DNA of 60,459 nucleotides, counting the filler. It is 3 parts of 3 records of this genome, joined end to end, with 100 filler letters (N's around TTAATTAATTAA, not from the genome) between each part and the next. Parts side by side here need not be neighbours in the genome. Positions count along the whole stretch, not along the records: positions 1 to 12,364 come from DRR723986_10056; positions 12,465 to 30,169 come from DRR723986_10057; 1 more part is not named here. One strand, written 5' to 3'. The notes under the pieces are model-generated. The model did no database searches, was not told the DNA's origin, and was given only the letters and a program-made list of their open reading frames with translations. A program made the position numbers and the translations under genes. Positions 11,355-21,977 of the stretch are shown one piece after another (the stretch's first letter is position 1; every line of letters begins with the position of its first letter).

Positions 11355-11734
11355 CGGATGACAACATCGCACTGCGGGTGCGTCGCAGCCGTCAGTGGGC
11401 GACGCTACTCGACGGCGCTTGGGGAATTCCGTTTACCCGTTGGCGTATCGGTATTGACCCTTTGCTGGGTCTACTTCCTGTGGCCGGTGACGTGGTCGGG
11501 GCGCTGCTCGGCTTGGGCATTGTCTGGCAGGCCCACAAAGCATCGGCGCCGCGGGCACTGAAGGTAAAAATGCTTGGCAATATCGCCCTGGACTTTGCCC
11601 TGGGCGCGGTACCGATCGTCGGTGACATTGCCGACATAGCCTTTCGTAAAAATGATCGCAATGCCAAGCTGCTTGAAGACTGGGCAAATCAGTTGGACCA
11701 CAGAGCCGAAGCGCGTACGACGTCGCGCCACTAA
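11351..11734 (+). CDS. DUF4112-family membrane protein
   Basis: LDGAWGIPFTRWRIGIDPLLGLLPVAGD..GAVPIVGDIADIAFRKN. Confidence 0.85.
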   Translation: MTDDNIALRVRRSRQWATLLDGAWGIPFTRWRIGIDPLLGLLPVAGDVVGALLGLGIVWQAHKASAPRALKVKMLGNIALDFALGAVPIVGDIADIAFRKNDRNAKLLEDWANQLDHRAEARTTSRH

Positions 11735-11754
11735 AAAAGCCCCGATACCGGGGC
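11733..11754 (-). terminator. Intrinsic terminator for ahpF
   Basis: GCCCCG-ATAC-CGGGGC hairpin with an A6 tract on the + strand (U tract on the - strand), just past the ahpF stop. Confidence 0.6.
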
Positions 11755-11784
11755 AAGCATGGGGTGTCGCACAGGGTGGGAGAA

Positions 11785-12364
11785 TCAGGCAGCTTGGTGT
11801 TGGTCGCCGTCGGCTTGCGTATCGCTTACCGATTGGCGAATCAAGTAGTCGAATGCACCGAGAGCGGCGTTGGCACCGTCCCCCATGGCAATAACAATCT
11901 GCTTGTATGGGGTGGTGGTTGCGTCGCCAGCCGCGAACACGCCGGGCATTGAGGTCTCGCCACGGTCGCCAGTGATCACTTCGCCGCGTTCGCTGAGCGC
12001 AACGCTGTCCTGCAGGAATTCCGTGTTGGGCACTAAACCGATCTGAACAAAAATGCCCGACAGTGCAAGCTCGCGCGAGGCGCCGGAATTGCGGTCGGTA
12101 TATCGAAGGCCGGTTACACGCTCGCCATCGCCGAGTACCTCGGTGGTTTGTGCGTTCAGGATAAAATCGATATTCGCCATGGAGTTGGCTTTGCGCTGCA
12201 GCACCTCGTCGGCGCGCAGGGTAGTGTCAAACTCCAACACCGTGACATGCTCGACAATGCCAGCCAGGTCAATGGCTGCTTCAACGCCGGAGTTGCCACC
12301 ACCGATTACGGCTACCGACTTACCCTTGAACAAGGGGCCATCGCAGTGCGGGCAGTAGGCCACA
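11785..12364 (-). CDS. ahpF: Alkyl hydroperoxide reductase subunit F, C-terminal part (5' truncated at contig end)
   Basis: [45 protein letters not shown]. Confidence 0.93.
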
Positions 12365-12464
12365 NNNNNNNNNNNNNNNNNNNNNNNNNNNNNNNNNNNN
12401 NNNNNNNNTTAATTAATTAANNNNNNNNNNNNNNNNNNNNNNNNNNNNNNNNNNNNNNNNNNNN
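12365..12464. other. Artificial contig-joining spacer
   Basis: 44 N + TTAATTAATTAA (stops in all frames) + 44 N. Confidence 0.99.
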
Positions 12465-12514
12465 GTTACACACCGTTTCATCGATTGTGATAATCCGGTA
12501 TGAAGATCGTTGTC

Positions 12515-12535
12515 AGGCTGCGCGTGGCGCAGCCT
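12515..12535 (-). terminator. Perfect hairpin downstream of yhcB/zapG
   Basis: AGGCTGCGC-GTG-GCGCAGCCT, 9-bp stem 11 bp past the stop; no clear U tract. Confidence 0.4.
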
Positions 12536-12546
12536 CTGATTTCGAA

Positions 12547-12984
12547 TCAAGCCGGGCGCTTCTCGCCCTTGTCCAGGCCGTAGTCCTCGGCAAGCGTGCC
12601 TTTGGCCTCAGGGTCGGCCTTGGGTGCATAATCCCTGGGTGGTTCTGAAGGCTCGCCATCACTGCCATGCTCCAGTCTGCCTTTGGATTTCTGGTCCAGC
12701 TCTTCCATCCAGTCTTCGTCATTGCACAGACGGTTGGCGCCGCGAGCCATATGCTGGTTCACATCCCGGTAGGCGTCGTTGAACCGGCGCAACAAGTGCG
12801 CGGATTCCATAAAGTGTTCGTTCACCTGGGCCTGATAGCGCGTAAACTCGCTGCGCAGCTCTTCAATCTGCTGCTCCGCCCGGCGCTGCCGCAACGTTGC
12901 TCCCTGGCCGGAACGGCCAACCAGAATCCCGATGACAATGCCAACTACCAACGCGGCAACTGCCGCCAGAATCAGGTTTGTCAT
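12547..12984 (-). CDS. zapG: YhcB/ZapG (DUF1043) family protein
   Basis: N-terminal TM, coiled coil YQAQVNEHFMESAHLL..YRDVNQHMA, PPRDYA motif; divergent from zapE. Confidence 0.88.
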   Translation of the reverse strand: MTNLILAAVAALVVGIVIGILVGRSGQGATLRQRRAEQQIEELRSEFTRYQAQVNEHFMESAHLLRRFNDAYRDVNQHMARGANRLCNDEDWMEELDQKSKGRLEHGSDGEPSEPPRDYAPKADPEAKGTLAEDYGLDKGEKRPA

Positions 12985-13184
12985 ATGAAAATCGTCCTTA
13001 TATTGCCTGGAAGTGAGCCAATCCCCGTAAACGGAGTATAACGCCCCAAACCGATTGAGCCCATGCTGAAACACTGAGCCAATCGTCGTATTGCCCCGAG
13101 AGCCGCCCGGCGTGGCGAAAAAACGCGAAATAGGCGACAATACCGCGCCGATTTTTCACTCGACTCAACTATTCAGGAAGCCTG

Positions 13185-14318
13185 ATGACTGCAGCTACGT
13201 CCTCCGATACCGTTGCGAACCTGACCCCTTGGGAGCGTTACCAAAAGGATCTTGAACGCCCGGATTTTCACAAGGACCCCGCCCAGGTAGATGCAGTCCA
13301 ACGCCTGCAGGCACTGTACGATAAATTGGTGGCTGCTGAAAACGAGCGCAACAAAGGGTTGGCCAAACTGCGCCGCAAACTCAAGAAGGGCCGGGAAGAG
13401 CCGGTTAAAGGCCTGTATTTCTGGGGCGGCGTTGGCCGGGGTAAAACCTATCTGATGGACACCTTTTTTGAGTCGCTGCCATTCGAGCGCAAGATGCGGG
13501 TGCACTTCCACCGTTTTATGCAGCGCGTTCACAACGAATTGAAGGCTTTGAAAGGGGAGAAAAACCCCCTTGAGATGGTGGCTAAAAAGTTTGCGGACGA
13601 GACCCGTGTCATCTGTTTCGACGAGTTCTTTGTTTCCGATATTGGCGATGCCATGATCCTTGCCACGCTGATGGATGGGCTTTTTGGTCGTGGTGTTACT
13701 TTGGTGTGTACGTCCAATATCGTCCCCGATGGCCTTTATAAAGATGGCCTCCAGCGCGCGCGGTTCCTGCCTGCCATTGAGCTGGTAAAGAAGTACACCG
13801 ATGTGGTGAATGTGGATGGCGGCGTGGACTATCGCCTGCGTACCCTGGAGCAGGCAGAGCTTTATCACTGTCCGCTGGATGATGAGGCGGATATCAGCTT
13901 GCGGAACAGTTTCGACGCCCTGGCCGTCGAAGCGGCGAAGCACAGTAAAACCATGGAAATCAACGGTCGCAAGATTCCGGCCCAGGCCCACGCAGACGAT
14001 GTGGTCTGGTTTAACTTCAAAGACGTGTGTGACGGCCCCCGGAGCCAGAACGATTACATCGAAATGGCGCGCCAGTTCCACGCCATTATCGTCAGCAATG
14101 TACCGGTGCTTGGCGGCGACAAGGACGACCAGGCGCGCCGTTTTATCAACATGATCGATGAGTTCTACGACCGCAACGTCAAGGTCATTATCTCCGCTGC
14201 AGCGCCCATCACCGAGCTCTATTCGGGCGGGCGCCTGAGCTTTGAATTCGAGCGCACGGAATCCCGGTTGCTGGAGATGCAATCCCAAGAGTATCTCGAA
14301 GCGCCCCACAAACCATAA
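13185..14318 (+). CDS. zapE: Cell division ATPase ZapE (AFG1 family)
   Basis: GLYFWGGVGRGKTYLMD, HFHRFM, CFDEFFV, RRFINMIDEFYD, RTESRLLEMQ. Confidence 0.95.
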   Translation: MTAATSSDTVANLTPWERYQKDLERPDFHKDPAQVDAVQRLQALYDKLVAAENERNKGLAKLRRKLKKGREEPVKGLYFWGGVGRGKTYLMDTFFESLPFERKMRVHFHRFMQRVHNELKALKGEKNPLEMVAKKFADETRVICFDEFFVSDIGDAMILATLMDGLFGRGVTLVCTSNIVPDGLYKDGLQRARFLPAIELVKKYTDVVNVDGGVDYRLRTLEQAELYHCPLDDEADISLRNSFDALAVEAAKHSKTMEINGRKIPAQAHADDVVWFNFKDVCDGPRSQNDYIEMARQFHAIIVSNVPVLGGDKDDQARRFINMIDEFYDRNVKVIISAAAPITELYSGGRLSFEFERTESRLLEMQSQEYLEAPHKP

Positions 14319-14353
14319 CCAGAATCATAAAGAACCAACAGAGAGGTCACAGC

Positions 14354-15538
14354 ATGAGTCAGGACAACGTTGTCATCGTGAGCGGTGTTCGCACCCCCAT
14401 GGGTGGTTTTATGGGTAGTCTTGCCCCGGTTTCCGCGCCGGAACTGGGCGCAATTGCCATCGCTGAGGCGGTGAAACGCGCCGGCCTGCAGTCTGCCGAT
14501 ATTCAGGAAGTCATTATGGGTAACGTGCTGCCGGCTGGCCTGAAACAGGGGCCCGCTCGCCAGGCCATGCGCAAGGCGGGACTGCCAGACAGTACTGGCG
14601 CCACCACCATTAACAAACTTTGTGGCTCCGGCATGAAAGCCACCATGTTTGCCCATGACCTGATCAAAGCCGGCTCAAACGACATTATGGTAGCCGGTGG
14701 TATGGAGAGTATGTCCAACGCGCCTCACATTTTGCTGGGCGCCCGCCAGGGCTACCGCATGGGGCCTGGGCAGGCGCCCCAGGACCATATGTTCCTGGAT
14801 GGCCTCGAAGACGCCGAGACTGGCCGTTTGATGGGATCTTTCGCCCAGGAAATGGCGGACAAGAAAGGCTATACCCGGGAAGAAATGGACGACTACGCGA
14901 TTTCCTCCCTGAATCGTGCCAAGAAAGCGATTGAAGAAGGCCTGCTCAAAGAAGAGATCATCCCCGTTACCGTCAAGACCCGTAAGGGAGAGGTGGTAGT
15001 AGAGGATGATGAGCAGCCCCACAACGCCAACATTGAGAAGATTCCGACACTGCGCCCGGCGTTTGCCAAAGACGGTACCGTGACTGCGGCAAACGCGTCT
15101 TCCATTTCTGACGGCTCCTCAGCACTGGTGCTGATGCGTGAATCCGAAGCCGAAAAACGTGGCCTCAAGCCCCTGGCGCGGATCGTTGCCCATAGCACTC
15201 AGTCCCAGCATCCCAGCGAGTTCACCTGTGCGCCAGTGGGCGCGATCCAGACACTTTTCCAGAAAACCGGCTGGACCAAGGACGATGTTGACCTTTACGA
15301 GATCAACGAAGCTTTCGCCATGGTGGCCATGATGCCTATCAAAGAGCTGGGCCTGGATCCGGACAAGGTGAATATTCACGGTGGCGCCTGTGCCCAGGGG
15401 CATCCGGTTGGGTCTACCGGTTCCCGTCTTCTGGTTACCCTGATGCATGCCCTCAAGCGCTATGGCAAAAAGAAGGGTGTTGCCGCGCTCTGCATCGGTG
15501 GTGGTGAAGCCACCGCAATGGCGATCGAAATGCTGTAA
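14354..15538 (+). CDS. Acetyl-CoA C-acyltransferase (thiolase)
   Basis: NKLCGSGM, NEAFA, GHPVGSTG, LCIGGGEA thiolase motifs. Confidence 0.95.
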   Translation: MSQDNVVIVSGVRTPMGGFMGSLAPVSAPELGAIAIAEAVKRAGLQSADIQEVIMGNVLPAGLKQGPARQAMRKAGLPDSTGATTINKLCGSGMKATMFAHDLIKAGSNDIMVAGGMESMSNAPHILLGARQGYRMGPGQAPQDHMFLDGLEDAETGRLMGSFAQEMADKKGYTREEMDDYAISSLNRAKKAIEEGLLKEEIIPVTVKTRKGEVVVEDDEQPHNANIEKIPTLRPAFAKDGTVTAANASSISDGSSALVLMRESEAEKRGLKPLARIVAHSTQSQHPSEFTCAPVGAIQTLFQKTGWTKDDVDLYEINEAFAMVAMMPIKELGLDPDKVNIHGGACAQGHPVGSTGSRLLVTLMHALKRYGKKKGVAALCIGGGEATAMAIEML

Positions 15539-15756
15539 GACGACAGGTGGTTGCACTCCTGAATCTTGTCTATAGTGAGGGAGTGCGAGCCCCGGCTGAA
15601 CAGAGAGTGACAGCAAAATCATACTTTTGACTGATCAAAGCCCCCGAAAGGCTTAGCTATAGTGCAATCATCACGGCACTGTGTGTACAGCCGTCAGGAC
15701 ACCTAACACCAGAACAATCGAGCAGCGACTCAGAACAACAACGGAGTAGCCTTCCA

Positions 15757-17610
15757 ATGACAAGAAAAACTCAACCGTGGCAGCGTTGGACAAAGTTACC
15801 ACTTGCCGTAGCCATAGCCGCCGGTGTGTCCGGCCAGGCAGCAGCATACTCGTTCTACATGGGTGATGTTGAGGCTCAGTTCAATACCACCCTTAGTGCC
15901 GGTGCAGGCTGGCGTGTCCAAGACCCGGACAAGCGACTGATCGCGCAAGGTAACCTGGGTCCCGAGTACGCTCCCGGTGGATCACTTGCAAACATTGGCG
16001 CCTCAACCAACAACTACGACGATGGCAACCTGAACTTTGAAAAAGGTGATACCTACTCCAAAGTTGTTAAGGGCAACAGTGAATTGTTTCTTAACTACAA
16101 TGTCGACAGCGACATGCTGACTCGGGTTGGTGGCTTGATTCGTGGGCGCTACTGGTACGACTTCGAGCTAAAAGACGAAATGCGTGCGGTCGACCCTGTG
16201 GGTCAGCGTCGGGAGTTGAATCGTGAAGCAAAAGACAACGCTTCCGGTGGCGAGTTGTTGGATGCCTACGTTTTCTCTGACTGGTATTTCGGGAATGTTC
16301 CCGTAAGCTTACGCTACGGGAAACAGGTTGTAAGCTGGGGGGAGAGCACCTTTATTCCGGGTGGTATCAACGTGATCAACCCGGTGGATATTCCTGCGTT
16401 CCGGGCTCCGGGTTCGGAGTTGAAGGATGCCTTGCTGCCTGTTGAAATGTTCTATATGTCTGCTGGTGTTACCGAAAACTTAACCATCGAGACATTTGTT
16501 CAGGCTGACTGGGAGCCAGTTCGCCCTGATGATTGTGGAACCTTCTTCTCTACCAATGATTTTGCGCCTGATGGTTGTGGCCCTGTATTACTGGCCGGTC
16601 AGTTGCCTGACTCTCAGGCTCTTTCCCAGGGATTCATTGCCCCCCGTCTCGGCGATAAAGAAGCGGATTCCAAAGATCAATTCGGCGTGGCGCTGCGTTG
16701 GTATGTTCCTGAGCTCAATGACTCAGAATTGGGTTTCTACTACATCAAGTACAACAGCCGTCTCCCGTATGTGAGTGGAACCATCAAGGATACAGGCGAG
16801 CAGTTCCCGTCTTACTTTATTGAATATCCGGAGAATATCGACCTTTACGGCATCAGTATCAACACGACAACACCTGGTGGGTGGTCTTTAGGTGCAGAAT
16901 ACAGCTACCGAGACGGCGTGCCCATTCAATGGAATGCTTTCGAGCTTATCTACGGCGGCCTTCAATTGAGAAATCCAGTCGATGGGAGCGTCGTCAGCTT
17001 GTTAGAGAAACAGCGGCTTAAGGAGAATGGCGGCACCATTGCTCCTGGGTCTGAAGTATCTGGCAACGATCGTTTTGGCGTGTCTCAGGCTCAGTTTACG
17101 CTGGTCAAGTTCTTTGATCAGGTTATGGGGGCCAGCCGCCTTTCATTGATCACAGAATTTGGTGCAACCTACGTACACGACTTGCCGGATTATGACGAAG
17201 CGCGTTACGGCCGTTCAGGTACTTTTGGCATTGGTCCGATTCCTAGCGCCGGTGGTGTGGATGCTTGTGAACTGGGTGTCAATATCAATGCCAAGTATTG
17301 TGAAAATGATGGTTATACAACTGATTTCTCCTGGGGCTATCGCGCGCGACTGGTTTGGGACTATCCCAACGTATTCGCAGGCATAAATCTGTCGCCTCAG
17401 CTGGCCTGGAGCCATGACGTAGAGGGCTATTCCCCGCAGCCGGGTGGTGCCTTCAACGAGGGAAGTAAAGCGCTTGGTCTGTCTGTTCAGGCGGTGTATC
17501 AGAACAAGATCACAGGTAACATCGGCTATACGAACTTTTTCGGTGGCAAACCGTACAACGAGTTGACCGACCGTGATTTCGTGAGTGCAAGCGTTTCCTA
17601 CTCATTCTGA
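15757..17610 (+). CDS. DUF1302-family outer membrane protein
   Basis: Signal peptide, DDGNLNF, GKQVVSWGES, CGTFFSTND, DRDFVSASVSYSF terminus. Confidence 0.85.
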   Translation: MTRKTQPWQRWTKLPLAVAIAAGVSGQAAAYSFYMGDVEAQFNTTLSAGAGWRVQDPDKRLIAQGNLGPEYAPGGSLANIGASTNNYDDGNLNFEKGDTYSKVVKGNSELFLNYNVDSDMLTRVGGLIRGRYWYDFELKDEMRAVDPVGQRRELNREAKDNASGGELLDAYVFSDWYFGNVPVSLRYGKQVVSWGESTFIPGGINVINPVDIPAFRAPGSELKDALLPVEMFYMSAGVTENLTIETFVQADWEPVRPDDCGTFFSTNDFAPDGCGPVLLAGQLPDSQALSQGFIAPRLGDKEADSKDQFGVALRWYVPELNDSELGFYYIKYNSRLPYVSGTIKDTGEQFPSYFIEYPENIDLYGISINTTTPGGWSLGAEYSYRDGVPIQWNAFELIYGGLQLRNPVDGSVVSLLEKQRLKENGGTIAPGSEVSGNDRFGVSQAQFTLVKFFDQVMGASRLSLITEFGATYVHDLPDYDEARYGRSGTFGIGPIPSAGGVDACELGVNINAKYCENDGYTTDFSWGYRARLVWDYPNVFAGINLSPQLAWSHDVEGYSPQPGGAFNEGSKALGLSVQAVYQNKITGNIGYTNFFGGKPYNELTDRDFVSASVSYSF

Positions 17611-17643
17611 ACCGGACCGAATTCGTTCAACGAGGTACTTTAG

Positions 17644-19005
17644 ATGAAACTAAACAAGAAACTACTGGCCACTGGTGTATTGGCTGCAAGTCTCTTTACC
17701 GGTCAGGCCTGGGGCGCGGTTTCTGCGGGAGAGGCGGCTAAACTGGGGGATACTCTGACCCCGATGGGTGCTGAGAAAGCCGGTAATGGCGGAGCGATCC
17801 CAGCGTGGACAGGCGGTCTAACAACTCCGCCGGCCGGCTACAAGGGTGACGGCATTTACGTGAATCCGTTCCCTGACGAACAGCCGGAGTTTGTGATTGA
17901 TCAGAGTAACGTCGATCAGTATGCAGATAAGCTTTCTCCTGGCCAGGTGGCGATGATTCGCCAGTACGCGGACTACACAATTCCGGTGTATCCTACGCAC
18001 CGAACAGCGGCCTACCCGAAAGAAGTGATGGATGAGACCGTTGAAAACGCTACCAAGGTGGAGTTGATTCAGAACGGTAACGGGCTTGGCAGTTACGAGA
18101 GCGCAACGCCGTTCCCGATTCCCCAGAATGGCCTGGAAGCTATCTGGAACCACATCACCCGGTATCGCGGTGGTTCGGTGCAGCGAAACGTAGGTCAGGT
18201 TACGCCGACGGCCGGCGGCGACTACTCGGTGGTCAAGTTCCAGGACGAGCTGACATGGCGAACTTACCTGAGCGATTATCAGCCGGGTGAAGATGACAAC
18301 GTTCTGTTCTACTTCAAGCAGGCTATTACTGCGCCAGCGCGTCTGGCGGGTAACGTACTGCTGGTACATGAAACGATTGATCAGGTGAAAGAGCCGCGCC
18401 GGGCCTGGATTTACAACGCCGGTCAGCGTCGAGTTCGTCGAGCGCCGCAGGTTGCCTACGATGGTCCGGGTACTGCGGCTGATGGCATGCGTACCTCTGA
18501 CAATTTCGACATGTACAACGGTGCTCCTGATCGTTATAACTGGGAACTGCTCGGCAAAAAGGAAATGTACATTCCGTATAACTCCTACAAGCTGGTGGAT
18601 CGCGGCCTGAGCTATGATGAAATCATCAAGGCCGGACACATCAATCAGGATCTGACCCGTTACGAGCTGCACCGTGTGTGGCACGTGCGTGCAACCCTGA
18701 AGGACGGTGAGCGGCATGTATACGCCCAGCGTGACTTTTACATTGACGAGGATTCCTGGCAGGCAGCGGTTATAGACCATTACGATGGCCGTGGTGAACT
18801 GTGGCGTGTTGCTGAAGCCCACGCCATGCAGTTCTATGATCGGGACGTGCCCTGGTACGCCATCGAGGTGCTGTACGATCTGCTTTCTGGTCGCTACCTT
18901 GCTCTTGGTCTGACCAACGAGGAAAATGAGCCATACACCTTTGGTGTGGAGCGTCAGTCGCGGGACTACACGCCGGCAGCTCTGCGTCGCGCTGGAACCC
19001 GTTAA
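17644..19005 (+). CDS. DUF1329-family periplasmic protein
   Basis: LTPMGAEKAGN..IPAWTGG, AWIYNAGQRRVRRAP, RYELHRVW, YIDEDSWQ. Confidence 0.88.
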   Translation: MKLNKKLLATGVLAASLFTGQAWGAVSAGEAAKLGDTLTPMGAEKAGNGGAIPAWTGGLTTPPAGYKGDGIYVNPFPDEQPEFVIDQSNVDQYADKLSPGQVAMIRQYADYTIPVYPTHRTAAYPKEVMDETVENATKVELIQNGNGLGSYESATPFPIPQNGLEAIWNHITRYRGGSVQRNVGQVTPTAGGDYSVVKFQDELTWRTYLSDYQPGEDDNVLFYFKQAITAPARLAGNVLLVHETIDQVKEPRRAWIYNAGQRRVRRAPQVAYDGPGTAADGMRTSDNFDMYNGAPDRYNWELLGKKEMYIPYNSYKLVDRGLSYDEIIKAGHINQDLTRYELHRVWHVRATLKDGERHVYAQRDFYIDEDSWQAAVIDHYDGRGELWRVAEAHAMQFYDRDVPWYAIEVLYDLLSGRYLALGLTNEENEPYTFGVERQSRDYTPAALRRAGTR

Positions 19006-19027
19006 TAGCTGTGAATTAAGCTTTTAG

Positions 19028-19058
19028 AAAAAACGAGCCCTCATGGGCTCGTTTTTTT
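19028..19058 (+). terminator. Intrinsic (bidirectional-type) terminator
   Basis: AAAAAACGAGCCC-TCAT-GGGCTCGTTTTTTT. Confidence 0.9.
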
Positions 19059-19184
19059 GTCCCCTGATTTCCCCCGTGACGTTAAAAAATCGCCTCTAAC
19101 CTCCTTTTTTTCCGTCAATTTTTTGCAGCAGACACCTGCTTTAGTTTAACCTCTCTCTAAAGACTCATACTAAAGGCGTACCCC

Positions 19185-21950
19185 ATGCAGGGCGCCAAGT
19201 CGTTTTCGGCTAAAGCAAATCTCTTATTTTCCGGTTCAGGCGTTCGTCTGGCCAGGCTTCAAACGGGGCAGTGCGTGAAATCCTTTAAAGAAGGCTGTGC
19301 AGCCAATGATGAGTTCCAAAGCGCGAACAGTACTCTACAGAGTGGTGAGCTGGTGCGGGATCTTATGGAGCACCGGCTGCGGGTTCCACCTCTACCAGAC
19401 GAAACCTTGGCAAGGCCGAGCCTGGATCGAATAATCTTCCAGGCCTTGCGGCCGGGTAAACTGCTCCTTTTGGAAGCACCGGGAGGCTATGGCAAAACCC
19501 ACGCGTTGGTTAGTGCGCTTGCCAATACACCAAGTGTGAATGTTCGTTGGATAGCCCTCAATGCCGGGGACAACGCTCCCTCCCGTTTTCTTTCAATACT
19601 GGCGATGGCGTTGGGGCTGGCGGAGGTGCTGCCGCCAAATGGCGGAACCTTCGAAGACCATTTGACTATGCTTTTGGTCAATCGAGCCCGGCAGGTCCGG
19701 GAAACCAGTGAAGTACTGGTTCTGGATAATGCCCATTATCTTAGCAACCCGGCGGTCAGTGGTTTGTTACATCAGCTGGTCACCCATCTGCCTTCGGGTC
19801 TTTCAGTTGCCGTGGCTTCTCGGCTTCCAATGCCATTTTCGAGTCACACACTGGAATTGAATGGCAACTACACGAGGTTGGAGGCGGGTACTCTGGAGTT
19901 TTCGCGGTCTGAAACCTTCGAGTTTTTTGCGAAAGCCCGTTCCGACAGCCTGATTACCAGTGTCGCGATTGACCATTTATTCGAGCTGACTGAAGGTTGG
20001 CCAACGCCACTAGCATTATATCGCCGAGAGCTGAATCAAGGTGGCGAGCGTAGGGCGGTGCATGAAACCCCCTCGGTAGAGCGTTTTCTCAAGGACTGTA
20101 TTGCTGCCCAGTTGGGTTCCGCCCAATTGAAATCAATGCGGGTTATTGCCGAACTGGACAGCTGTTCGGATGAGTTGTTTTTCGCTATTGAACCCTCAGT
20201 GTCGGATTCAGGAATGCCTCCTTCACAGGCTGCCGACCGTGGGTTGCCTTTGAAGGCAGTCCCTGGCCGTGGTCGATGGTATCGCCTGAATCCATTGTTA
20301 CAGGCCTGGCTACAGGCCCCGGTGATGGGGGGCTACGTTACACGCATGTTGATAGCCAGCCGATGGTTCGAGCAACACCAGCAGTTCCCGGAGGCACTGA
20401 AGTATGCAGTCCTTGCTGGTGATAACGATGAAGTCGTGCGTATTGCCTCAGAGAGTACAGAGGCACTGTTACTGGGGCAGGATACCGCCTCTTTGTTGAC
20501 CCTGAGAAAAAATCTCCCGGCAGAGTTACTGGAACGAAGCGCCCGGTTGCGTGTTGTATACGGCTGGGTACATGCCATTGGTGGTCAGTTCCAACAGGCA
20601 AAACAGCTTCTTGATGGTTTCAATGACCGGGACCGGAAAGAACATGAAGCTCGTATCTACGCCCTGAAAGCGTTTATCTTGCGCGGCGAGGGGTTTGCGC
20701 AGCCAGCGTTGGCTATGGCGGACAAGGCGCTGGCAAAGGGTGGTATGTCCACCCAGGCACAGCTGGTGACTCAAATTGTCCGTTCCAGTGCGCTTTGTGC
20801 GGCCGGGTGTTTTCAGGAAGCACGGGATGCCAACCGCATCGCCTCCAAGCTGGCCCGTGAAGCCGGCGATTCCGGGTCCGAGGCGCTGGCAGTTTATGCC
20901 CACGCCCGTATTGAATTGGGCAAAGGGGCACTGCGCCATGCAGAGCAACTGTTACGAACCGGACTGGATACGGCCATGCAGGAACTCAGCAGGCCGGCAC
21001 GCATCGGGGAAACCCGACTGCAGCTGAACCTGGTCCTGGTACTATGGCACCAGGGGCGTCTGACGGAAGCCGATCGGCTGTTGGTCAACTGTGCCCGTCA
21101 TGCCGAGCAAACGCGAGATCTCGGGTTATTACTGGCCATGGCGTTGAGAGTGCTGATGTGTCGTGCCCAGAACCGGATGGATGATGCCTTTGTCTGGATT
21201 GGCCGGGCAGAGCGTACCATGCATACCTGGCAGGTAGATGAGAGCCTGTATGTTCCCGTGCTGGAAGCGTTGAAGGCTAGCTGTTGGCTGGCTCAAGGGC
21301 AGCAGGATAGTGCGACGCAGGCTATCTCCAAGCTGGAGCCATATCGCAACAGTGGCTGTGTGCCAGAGCTCTTTCCGATGATGCCAGGCTTGCTTGATTG
21401 CCTTCAGGTAAGAGTTGATATGGCCAACGGCGACCTGGTGAGAGCCCGTGAACATCTGGATGCCGTCTCAGGAAAGTACGACGGCAGCATGCCTTGGGGA
21501 TTGCAGTTGCATGCGGGGTTGCTGGATGCGGTCCTACTGGAAGCTGAAAAGGGCCTGCCCGCGGCTCGAAAGAGGCTGGAGAGCATTGTGGCCCAGGCAA
21601 GCCGTGAGCATTTCATCAGCCCATTCCCGGAGTTGATGAAAGAGCTGAGTCCGCTGATGGAGAAATGCTACCGGCATCTCGAAAACAACTCCTTTACTGC
21701 AGCGCTTGGGGAGCTATTCAATTGTGAGTCAGCTGCGACGGCAGGAGACCATCTGGTTGAGCCTATCAGCGAGCGGGAACAGGGGGTGCTTCAACTGATT
21801 GCCCAAGGCCTTTCAAACCAGGAAATTGCCGACGAGTTGCACATTTCCCTGCATACCGTTAAAACCCATGCTCGACGAATAAACGCCAAGCTAGATGTTA
21901 AATCACGAACTCAGGCAATCGTCCGCGCCAGGGAACTGGGACTGCTATAA
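19185..21950 (+). CDS. MalT-like (LAL) LuxR transcriptional regulator; start uncertain (ATG 19365 is an alternative)
   Basis: Walker [24 protein letters not shown]-like middle, C-terminal Lux[31 protein letters not shown]. Confidence 0.9.
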   Translation: MQGAKSFSAKANLLFSGSGVRLARLQTGQCVKSFKEGCAANDEFQSANSTLQSGELVRDLMEHRLRVPPLPDETLARPSLDRIIFQALRPGKLLLLEAPGGYGKTHALVSALANTPSVNVRWIALNAGDNAPSRFLSILAMALGLAEVLPPNGGTFEDHLTMLLVNRARQVRETSEVLVLDNAHYLSNPAVSGLLHQLVTHLPSGLSVAVASRLPMPFSSHTLELNGNYTRLEAGTLEFSRSETFEFFAKARSDSLITSVAIDHLFELTEGWPTPLALYRRELNQGGERRAVHETPSVERFLKDCIAAQLGSAQLKSMRVIAELDSCSDELFFAIEPSVSDSGMPPSQAADRGLPLKAVPGRGRWYRLNPLLQAWLQAPVMGGYVTRMLIASRWFEQHQQFPEALKYAVLAGDNDEVVRIASESTEALLLGQDTASLLTLRKNLPAELLERSARLRVVYGWVHAIGGQFQQAKQLLDGFNDRDRKEHEARIYALKAFILRGEGFAQPALAMADKALAKGGMSTQAQLVTQIVRSSALCAAGCFQEARDANRIASKLAREAGDSGSEALAVYAHARIELGKGALRHAEQLLRTGLDTAMQELSRPARIGETRLQLNLVLVLWHQGRLTEADRLLVNCARHAEQTRDLGLLLAMALRVLMCRAQNRMDDAFVWIGRAERTMHTWQVDESLYVPVLEALKASCWLAQGQQDSATQAISKLEPYRNSGCVPELFPMMPGLLDCLQVRVDMANGDLVRAREHLDAVSGKYDGSMPWGLQLHAGLLDAVLLEAEKGLPAARKRLESIVAQASREHFISPFPELMKELSPLMEKCYRHLENNSFTAALGELFNCESAATAGDHLVEPISEREQGVLQLIAQGLSNQEIADELHISLHTVKTHARRINAKLDVKSRTQAIVRARELGLL

Positions 21951-21977
21951 TACCGCTGCCCCCTCAATGGCTATCCG

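Noticed and set aside
12148-12420. ORFs running into the N spacers (also 29959-30225) and the TTAATTAATTAA palindrome
   Set aside because: Artefacts of the artificial linker
13173-14309. 378-aa antisense ORF over zapE, and similar long shadow ORFs (17818-18822, 35710-37164, 39480-40613, 48962-50341, 50543-51715)
   Set aside because: They lie opposite well-supported genes, have no motifs, and are expected from GC-rich codon bias
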